This document shows, piece by piece, positions 54,096-64,000 of a DNA stretch of 64,000 nucleotides. Below the pieces are notes generated by a model. The model was not told the DNA's origin and made no database searches. It saw only the letters and a program-made list of their open reading frames with translations. The stretch comes from Mizuhopecten yessoensis (Eukaryota). The stretch's first letter is position 1; every line of letters starts with the position of its first letter. The stretch covers positions 776,458 through 840,457 of the forward strand of contig NW_018408770.1 of NCBI RefSeq assembly GCF_002113885.1, given 5' to 3'. The translations under genes were made by a program, and so were the position numbers.

Positions 54096-55099
54096 TATTG
54101 CTGTGAACTAAAAGTTGTAGTTTGTAGTTTTGTAGAAGGAAGACATTGTTCATATGGCCAAAAAGATTTATCATCTAATGTTGGTTCTTTTAAAGTAGGG
54201 CAACATATAATCTGTGTAAATATAGGTTGATCTATTTATAGACTACATGCACTATTGATACAACATAGGTGTTGTCTGTCGTTTATCGGTCTGTCTAACT
54301 GATAAGAGATGGGACATGATAACCTTATTATCAACTAAATGTTTTAAAATTTGAATAATGACATTATGTTCGAGGACATTTTTTCGGTGAAATGAACAGC
54401 ACCTACATGATGTATATGCTAGCTTTTCAGTTCAATTGTACGTGAAGTTGCGTTGTGCTACAGTAAGTTTTGAAGTTGTAATTTTAATTAAAGAAACTTT
54501 GTATTTAAAACCATCGGAAATGTAGAACATCTGCTCTATTATCAAGTGTCTGAGATATTAATTTCTGTATCAAACTGGATTATAGGCATCCTAGTGAAAG
54601 GAATTTCAGCCGATTGATAAATTATATAGATTTCAGGTAGAAGTGTAGGCCCCGTCACCTGTCAGGGACACAAAACAGGAAGTGTGGTTCAATGTCACAA
54701 GGGATATGTATAGTGCTGAGGGATATCTTATGTTGATGGTAAGAAGGGCCTCCGGTACCTTAACTCCCTTCAAGAGTGAACACTATCTTTTCATTATAAT
54801 CCTTGATACAGTAAAATATAATTAATGTGTTGTGCTTCCATTTCCATGTTTTTTCAATTTGTTCAAAAGATATGCTAAATTTAATCATAGGTAGAGTGTT
54901 CAGATAACTAAGAAGTGATCAAATGTCCTTTGTATATTCATGAGTAATATTCAAATTCAACCTATGCAAACGTGGTCTAGCTACAAAAATATTAAGGGTG
55001 ACCTTAAAATGCCATTTGTCAGCACTACATAATAGATGAATGAAATTGGATTCCTGTCCGGGATTGGTATTGAAGTCGACATGAGATCTGTTTTGGTGT

Positions 55100-56139
55100 C
55101 GTGTAGGACCTGTATTGATGTCATATTGTCATGTGACCTATATTGATGTGATGTGACCTATATTGATGCCATGTAGGACCTGTATTGATGTCATATTGTC
55201 ATGTGACCTATATTGATGTGATGTGACCTATATTGATGCCATGTAGGACCTGTATTGATGTCATATTGTCATGTGACCTATGCTGATGTCATGTAGGACC
55301 TGTATTGATGTCATATTGTCATGTGACCTATATTGATGTCATGTAGGACCTGTATTTATGTCATATTGTCATGTGACCTACATTGGTATCATGTAGGACC
55401 TGTATTGATGTCATATTATCATGTGACCCATATTGATGTCATGCAGGACCTGTATTGATGTCATATTGTCATGTGACCTATATTGATGTCATGTAAGACC
55501 TGTATTGATGTCATATTGTCATGAGACCTATATTGATGTCATGTAGGACCTGTATTGATGTCATATTGTCATGTGACCTATATTGATGTCATGTATGATC
55601 TGTATTCATGTCATGTAGGGCCTGTATTGTTGTCATGTGGGACCTAGATTGTTGTCATGTGGGACCTAGATTGATGACATGTGTTGGGACCTGATTGGAT
55701 ATCATATTGTACCTGAATTGATGTCATATTTTCATATGAGCAATATTGATGGTATGTGGGACATGTATTGATGTCATATTGTCATCGAGACCTGTATTAG
55801 TGTCATGTAGGACCCATATTTATGAAATGTAGGACCTGGGATGGTGTCATTTGGACAAGTAGGTACATTGTAGTTATGTCACTTAGGGCCTTTATTGATG
55901 CCATATAGGACCTGTATTGATTTGATATGGAAACTGTATTGATGACATGTAGGACGTGTAGTGATTTGATATGGAAACTGTATTGAAGACATGTAGGACG
56001 TGTATTGGTTTGATATGGAAACTGTATTGAAGACATGTAGGACGTGTATTGATCTGATATGGAAACTGTATTGAAGACATGTAGGACGTGTATTGATTTG
56101 ATATGGAAACTGTATTGATGACATGTAGGACCTGTATTG
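55100..56139. repeat. Compound minisatellite: 50-bp units (55100-55620) and 44-bp units (55903-56139) built on a ~22-bp core
   Basis: CATGTAGGACCTGTATTGATGTCATATTGTCATGTGACCTATATTGATGT, then CATGTAGGACGTGTATTGATTTGATATGGAAACTGTATTGAAGA. Confidence 0.92.
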
Positions 56140-56661
56140 GTATTATGTGGGATCTGTTTTGGTATTATATAGAACCTATATTGGTTTAACGTTGGACCTG
56201 TATTAACATCAAATAATTATAATTAAACCTTTATTGATTAACTCAATCAAACCACAATCAGGATGTTTAATAACTTATTGATCACCATGCAGGAATCATG
56301 TTAGGACATATCTGTATTACAACTGACTTTGGTGGTGTGGACTGGTCAGCTAGTATTGATCAGCAGTCAATGATTCCTTGATTGAAGCGACCTTATTATT
56401 TATGTAACGTAAGAAGTAGGAAGATAATGACAGAACAGGTGTTTGTTTTCAGCAGCAGATTGTATATTGACTGGTCAGTGTAATGACTAGATGTCCAGTA
56501 ATAAGTGGACAGATGGTGTCTCTAGGGTCAGTTGGTCGCTGTAGTGAACGATGTGATGTACTTATAGTAGGTTAGACAGGATAATTAGCATTGATAATAT
56601 AAAACAAAAGAAGTTTGTCATAAGAATAGCTCTATTGAGGTAATGATATGTAACATCATCA

Positions 56662-57353
56662 TTTTTATACGCCCGTCAAATTTGACGGGAGTATTATGGT
56701 ATTGCGTTGTCCAGCCGTCCAGTGTAAACTTTAATTTGTCCGGCAATCTCCTCCTACATTTTTCGACCGATCTCTTTGAAACTTGGTATACATTAAAATC
56801 ATGAAATGAATTTGTGTCTCCCTGATAAGAATTTTGATTCGACATTATTTACAAAAGTTATTGCCCTTTGTTCATTTCAGTATTTGTTTTTTGTCCGGCA
56901 ATCTCCTCCTACATTTTTCAACGGATATCTTTGAAACTTGGTATACATTATAATCATGATATGAAATTGTGTCTCCCTTAAAAGAATTTTGATTCGACAA
57001 TATATATTTACAAAATGTATTGCCCTTTGTTCATTTCAGTATTTGATTTTTTGTCCGGCAATCTCCTCCTACATTTTTTGACAGATTTCTTTGAAACTTA
57101 GTAAGCTAAATAATCATGAAATGTTGTTGTGTTTCCTTGAAAAGAATTTTGGTTCAACGATTTTTGCAAAAGTTATTGCCCTTTGTTCATTTCAGTATAA
57201 AAAAATAATTATCCAGAGATATTCTCCTACATTTTTATAGCATGTCAGCAACCACTCTTTGAATGATGCAGATCTTATTTCAATGTAAGAAAGTATATAA
57301 CACTATATGGCATTCGATGGGCATATATTGTTCTGCCCCGCAGTACTCTTGTT
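56662..57353 (+). mobile_element. Intact HINE-like element (second family) with ~155-160-bp internal repeats
   Basis: 5' TTTTTATACGCCCGTCAAATTTGACGGG hairpin, GTCC tract, three full units starting TTGTCCGGCAATCTCCTCCTAC, 3' sub-terminal repeat GATGGGCATATA plus small hairpin and CTCTTGTT. Confidence 0.85.
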
Positions 57354-58411
57354 ACCTTATTTCTTTTATCTTATCCAGGATAACTATTTTCTCCTGGGTA
57401 AAAAATACAGGTGTTAGAATGAATTAGTTCCAGGTGGGCAGTCAGTTTTTAAGAAGTTTTCATTGTAGATGAAATAACGGTATGTACACACTCTGTATAA
57501 CATAAAATAAATTATGGCTACTCTGTTTCATATTTTAGTGAGATTATGATAGCACTAATAGATGGAATATCATGTACTGTTGAGAGCTAAAATAATTTGA
57601 CACTAAATTAAGTACAAACCGATATACAGGATTTTGCTGATATATCATTTTGGGTCATGAGGTACTTTTGAACTTGAGTTACTTGGTAGTTACACTGCTA
57701 ATATTTTTGCTGTACTAATGGTCTTGGTGCCACTGCAGCTGTGTTATTAAATAGATACAGAGAAAAAAGTTAATGTAATATATAGCCCTATAACCTTTTA
57801 CTTAAGGATACTGACCTGTCGCGGGAGTAACCTATATCAATAATGCCTGAGGGATAAACAGTTGTTAGACCTTTTAGGATATTTACTATTAATTGTTATT
57901 TATTCTAATAAAAAATAATTTAGATAGAACATGTTTAGATCTGATAGTAAGTTCAAACATGGGATATTTTCATATTGTGTGTAGCTAAGCAGAATTTAAT
58001 ACTTCTAGTAAACAGGAACAATTTGTGTATAATTATACGAAATTAAAATGTTGCTACCAAATATATACACATTTGATACTTTAATTGACTTTTAGTATTT
58101 GCCAAACAAAACATTTTTATTCTTGCAGATGGCATGTTTAGGTTGCAACATTTCCATTACACGTTTATAGAGAAATTAATACAAGAAAATTGGCTGGTTT
58201 AACATGTGGACTTGTTATTGTAAGTATTGTATTACATTATATATTAGAGATTGGTAAGATCTTGCTACCAAAGCCCCAGGTGATGGTACACCCAGGGTGT
58301 CTTGTTTCAATCCATGCTTGAATTTCTGAATTAAGTTACAATTTCTGTTTTTATTTGAAGTATTCTTGGTTAGGTACATAGACTTTAACTTCTGTCTTGT
58401 TTACAGCCCCA

Positions 58412-58955
58412 TGTAATTTCTGCCTTGTTAGGGCCGTAAGGCCTGGTGTCACTGATCTATTCTTTGGTAGGTTCATAGGCTGTAATTTCTGCCTTGTAAG
58501 GGCCGTACGGCCTGGTGTCACTGATCTATTCTTGGGTAGGTTCGTAGGCTGTAATTTCTGCCTTGTTAGGGCTGTACGGCCTGGTGTCATTGATCTATTC
58601 TTGGGTAGGTTCGTAGGCTGTAATTTCTGACTTGTAAGGGCCGTACGGCCTGGTGTCACTGTCCTGTTCCTGGGTAGCTATAGGTTCGTAGGCTGTAATT
58701 TCTGCCTTGTAATTTGGGTCCCTCGGCTTGGTGTCACTGATCTATTCTTGGGTAGGTATGTAGGCTGTTGTTTCTGCCTTGTTAGGGCCGTACGGCCTGG
58801 TGTCACTGTCCTGTTCCTGGGTAGCTATAGGTTCGTAGGCTGTAATTTCTGCCTTGTAATTTGGGTCCCTCGGCTTGGTGTCACTGATTTATTCTTGGGT
58901 AGGTATGTAGGCTGTTGTTTCTGTCTTGTTAGGCCCCTTCAGCCTGGTGTCATTG
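58412..58955. repeat. ~69-bp minisatellite, ~7 copies
   Basis: TGTAATTTCTGCCTTGTTAGGGCCGTACGGCCTGGTGTCACTGATCTATTCTTGGGTAGGTTCGTAGGC; several units contain the 12-bp palindrome GGCCGTACGGCC. Confidence 0.93.
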
Positions 58956-60519
58956 GCCAACAGGATCCTGATTATATCTTTATACCTGTATACTATGATA
59001 GGAATCTAGTGTGGGAGACAGATCTCGGAGATAAAGATTCACCCAAACTGGGGTCATACTGGTACTTTGAAACAATATGTCTTATTGTGGCCATTTAAAG
59101 TCCCAAAGTATGATATAAAAAATAAAAATATAATTGTAAACACCCCTAAAAAATAAAAAAAATAAACAAAAAGATATGTATTGTGTTACAATACTTGAAT
59201 TAATGTGTGTTTTCTACCTGATTTGTCCTGTTATATGGCTGTTCAGGATGTTAGACGAAGCTGCATTGTTCGGTTTGATCCTGGATGACTCCGATAACCT
59301 GGGAGGCCTGTGTGGGCACTATCTTCTGCACCCAATTAACAATGTAACCAGGCTTGTAATCGACGCCTCAGATAATTCTAAACAAGATAGACACATTATT
59401 TCTGGATGCAAAAAAACAGGATTTTGATTAATTGTGTATGAATACATGATTGAATACAGGATATAATTATGAAACACTCCCTTATGGAGTAATCTCCAAA
59501 AACATTGCAGGATAAGTTTCCATATAATGCCATTAATAAATTTGTATTAGAATGTCTAGTGTTTATATATGATCAATGAATTGATTTTCTGTTTGAAGAT
59601 AAGAGTCCTTACGCACATTACTGTAGCGTGGTTGACCTTGAAGATTGTCAAGTTTGACCTTGTAACGGTGTAACTGCCTTGCAGTAGTAATGAACCCGGC
59701 TTTAGAGGAACAGAAACTTGAAGCTTAATTTACTAACCCAGTGCTAACAAGGGTCGATGTGTGACGCAGGGATGGTGGAGTACCAATGTCAGATCCAGGG
59801 AATGACCCTCGGTATTGTGGGGATAATAAGACAAAGGTGGTTTAACTTGCTGGATCTCAGCAGTTATTTCTGATTTTTTTTTTATAACATCCATTTAGAA
59901 GAAGAGTTAATTTGTTATGTGGAAATGATTGGATGGAAATGTGTTACAGAGTTATACTGAAAGGTCACTTAGGTCACAAGGTCATTGAGATCATTAAGGT
60001 CACTGGGTTAACTGTGTAAAGAAAGTTCACCATGATGAAGCCAGCTGCCAATAGGAATATGTCATAATTTCTGTGTTGGGCTTGGTGTATGGAGTTAAGT
60101 TCTTAATATATTAAAGTGATATTAGATTTAATTGACACATACAATTCATCTCAATACCATCATATGGCGTAGCTTATTAGTAATTTAAGGAAAACCTTAG
60201 TGCAAGTTCATGGTGGTCTATTGAAATCGTTTACTTATCTCTGGAATATCCATACCAGACTATGTATTATGAACTTTGGTGTTAGTATGGGAGGTGGGGA
60301 CATTATGACTTGTCTGTGAAATTTAAATGGTAAAAATATTTAAGGCTCAGTGTATTATGAACTTGGGTGTGTGTGTGGGAGGGAGGTATTGTAACATGTT
60401 TGTGAAAATGGTAAAGATTAATATGTAGCTCGGTGTATAATGAATTTGCGTATGTGTGGAAGTTGTGACTTGTCTGAGAAAATGATAAAGTTAAATATTA
60501 GAGCCGATCAGGATTTGAA

Positions 60520-60725
60520 CCCAGGAATCACCATTTTGTGGACTCTACTGAGAGCCGGTCCAGACCCCCTCAGACACCACTTACTTCCCAGGAATCACCA
60601 TTTTGTGGACTCTCTGAGAGCCGGTCCAGACCACCTCAGACACCACTTACTTCCCAGGAATCACCATTTTGTGGACTCTACTGAGAGCCGGTCCAGACCA
60701 CCTCAGACACCACTTCCTTCCCAGA
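60520..60725. repeat. 67-bp tandem triplication
   Basis: CCCAGGAATCACCATTTTGTGGACTCTACTGAGAGCCGGTCCAGACCACCTCAGACACCACTTACTT x3. Confidence 0.92.
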
Positions 60726-61557
60726 GTCTGTGAGCGTATGTTTACATACATTATGTACATGCATTAAGACCAGTCTAAACACTATCCCAGATAAAACTGC
60801 ACAGTGCTCATATATATAGTGTGCACTTGTACTTGTAAACTGACTGGTCTACCGATGTTAAGGATTACAAGTTACAGCCTATTGCTGAACATTTGGTATT
60901 TATCCATACACGACAAAGACATATACTTGTTTGATGTTCGACTGAAACTGAAATTTTGGGTGTTTACCTGTAAAGGTAGACAAAGATCAAAGTAGGAAAG
61001 ATGATAAGTGTGCAGGTAAGTGCAGGTGTAGTGTAGATATGTCTTAATTAGTTACTGCTAGGGGCCACTTACCTGAGAAATTGTGTATGAGTTGGGACGT
61101 AAATATGTAGTCCAGTGAGGGAAGGGAGTACACCCTGGACACTGTCTGAATCACAAACTGCTGAGCATAGATTCTAGTCGTAAAAATTTGATTAACTTTA
61201 TTTTTCTCATATCCAATACTGTAGTGTGACTTTGCCCATTGTATCAATAATGATTACAGGAAATATGGAAGGATAGTGATTAAATTGTATTTGATAAACA
61301 TGCTATACTTACAGGTAGATACCTGTAACACAAATTACCAGTATCATAAAAAGGTAGCATATAGCCTTATGCTTAAAAGGTATATAATTTGACATGTTAC
61401 CTCCCCTTTTCTGATCCAAATGAGTATGGATGAAACTGTTAATTTCTTAATTGTTTCCAAACGCTTGTGTGATTATATGTTTCATTTGAATTATTCTTGA
61501 GGATTTCAATTTCATATAAATTAAATACTTGGCAGATATTTAAATTTGTAAACGTCC

Positions 61558-63177
61558 TTTTTAGCTCACCTGGTCCGAAGCTTATGCCATACCGAAGCGT
61601 CCGTCGTCCGTCCGTCAACTTTTCCTTTAAAACGCTACTAGTCCTTAACGGCCAAGTAGATTTTGACTAAATTTGGTCTAGAGTATCCTTAGGCCAAGGG
61701 GACTCAATTTTGAATTAAGCTGTGGGTGTGGCCCCCCTGAGGGCAGAGGGGCGGGGCCCAATAGGGGAAATAGAGGTAAAACCTTGAAAATCCTTCTTCT
61801 ACCGTAGGGATTAAAGGATTTTATCCTAATTTAATCTGGAGCATCCTTGGGCCAAGGAGACTCAATTTTGTATAAATGGTGGGTGTGGGGCCCCTGGGGG
61901 CTGGGGAGCGGGGCCCAATAGGGGAAATATAGCAAATTCTTTAAAATCCTTCTTCTTCTGTAGGAATGCAAGGATTTGTTCCATATTTGGTCTGAAGCAT
62001 CCTTGGGTGTAGAGGAACCAATTTTGTATAAACCATGGGTCTGGCCCGCCAGGGGCCTGAGAGGTGGGGCCCAATAGGGGAAATATAGCAAATTCTTTAA
62101 TATCCGTCTTCTTCTTTAGGAATGAAAGGATTTGTTCCATATTTGGTCTGAAGCATCCTTGGGTGAAGGGGAACCAATTTTGTATAAACTGTGGGTCTGG
62201 CCCCTCAGGGGCCTGAGGGGCGGGCCCAATAGGGGAAACATAGCAAATTATTCTTTAAAATCCTTCTTCTTCTGTAGGAATGAAAGGATTTGGTCCATAT
62301 TTGGTGTGGAGCATCCTTGGGAAAAGGGGAACCAATTTTGTATAAACGGTGGGTGTGGCCCCCTTGGGACCTGAGGGGCGGGGCCCAATAGGGGAAATAG
62401 AAGTAAAACCTTTATAATCCTTTTTCTACCATATGGATTGAGGGATTTTATCCTAATTTAGTCTGGAGCATCCTTGGACAAAAGTGACTCAATTTCGTAT
62501 AAACAGCGAGTCCGGCCCACCTGGGGATAGAAGGGAGGGGCCCAATAGGGGAAACATAGCAAATTCTTCAAATACCTTCTTCTTGATTTGTACGAATGAA
62601 AGGATTTTGTCCAAATTTGGTATGAAGCATCATTGGGTGAAGGGGAACCAATTTTGTATAAACAGTGTGTCTAACCCCCCTGGAGGCAGAGAGGCTGGGT
62701 CCAATAGGGGAAATAGAGATAAAACCTTTAAAATCCTTCTTTTACCATAGGGATTTAGGGATTTTATCCTAATTTAGTCTGGAGCATCCTTGGGCCAAGA
62801 GGACTCAATTTTGTATATGCAGTGGGTGTGGTTTCCCAGGGGGCAGAAGGGCGGGGGCCAATAGGAAAAATAGAGGTAAAACCTTTTAGATCCTTCTTCG
62901 ACCAACAAGATTAAGGGATTTTTTTCTATATTTAGTCTGGAGCATCCTTGGACCAAGGGGTCTCAATTTTGTATAATTGGTGGGTATGACCCCCCTAGGG
63001 GCATAGGGGTGGGGCTCTGTTTGAAGTTTGTTCTCGCTATATCTCAAGTACTGGATGGATCTTTCTGAAATTTCATATGTACTTACAGCACCTACCATGG
63101 AGTGCTATATCTTTACTTCATACCAATTATTTTAAACATATTCAGGTGAGCGATACAGGCCCTCTGGGCCTCTTGTT
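61558..63177 (+). mobile_element. Full-length HINE-like element with ~157-bp internal array (~9 units)
   Basis: 5' TTTTTAGCTCACCTG, CGTCCGTCGTCCGTCCGTC, units anchored on GGGCCCAATAGGGGAAA about every 157 bp, 3' CAGGTGAGCGATACAGGCCCTCTGGGCCTCTTGTT in a T run. Confidence 0.88.
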
Positions 63178-64000
63178 TTCTGATAATGAGATATCTTATG
63201 TCAGTTATAGCATGGTGTATTACACAGGTACAGGACATTAAATCTACACAACTAGGTGTTATATTACGTATACATGTAACTGCGGTAACCACTGGTGTTG
63301 GTTTTATAATGTACATGTCACCACTGGGCTGCCATGAACAGCCTTCTCGGTCACGTCATTGCTTAATTAATGGTCCCACAGCAATAGAGCATTTATTGTC
63401 AATAAAAATAATGCAGAATGCGGGATTGAAAATATATTGGTTCTGGAGTTAAAATGATGGTGTTGGTGTATGAATAAGATCAGGGATTACGTAACGACCT
63501 AATGTTGTAGTCATATTCCCATCAACTTAAATAATGAGAGCACAAAGTCGTAAAAAGTAAAAGTTCAAAAAAATTGATTTAAAGCTGATACATGTAGAAA
63601 TTCGGTGAAATGGGTTCAGAATGAGTCATAATAATTTCATTCATGTCAAAAAGATGAACTTGTTGCACCCTGGTACATATAAGGCCTGCAGTTACAAAAA
63701 AGATATGCCTGTTAAAGGTTACGTTACTTACCTAGTTTTTACTGCTGATCCTGGAGATTTTACAGACTGGTAAAGTCAAGATTTGTGCTCCATAGAATGT
63801 AAAATATTTTTGAAAAATATCAAGGTACAGGGGTTTATCAGGGTACTTTTTAGATCCATTAAAGGACCCATTCCTGATTGAAAAAGTGTATGATTTTTCT
63901 CAATTTGTCCATTAAAAATTCCTAATAGGAAAATCTTAAAAAAGTATGAATGCACAAATTAATATAAATTCCTCACAATTGACTGAGTTTTCAAAATACA

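Overview
AT-rich eukaryotic (metazoan) genomic DNA. The repeat repertoire suggests a bivalve mollusc, but this is inference. The only well-supported protein-coding gene is a Src42A/FRK-type non-receptor tyrosine kinase on the minus strand. Four coding exons are visible (24380-23977, 23375-23254, 22728-22565, 5930-5762), all with canonical GT-AG junctions and consistent phases, encoding the myristoylation signal, unique region, SH3, SH2 and kinase N-lobe. The rest of the gene appears to run off the left edge. Everything else is intron or intergenic DNA packed with minisatellites, Helentron-associated (HINE/DINE-1-like) non-autonomous elements carrying internal tandem arrays, short MITEs and SINE fragments. 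The most unusual objects are: (i) a 558-bp element at 29818-30375 with long TIRs and a perfect 9-bp TSD that retains the 5' ends of two convergent genes, one a RecQ-type helicase (AcademH-like deletion derivative); (ii) a miniature LTR element with tRNA-like LTRs, a PBS-like site and a PPT at 32204-32433; (iii) direct snapshots of minisatellite birth and nesting inside Helentron-type elements; and (iv) indirect signs of a second, divergently transcribed gene starting near 29 kb. Most ORFs in the supplied track are repeat-derived or random. I found no convincing wholly new system; the best candidates are poorly characterised mobile-element lineages.
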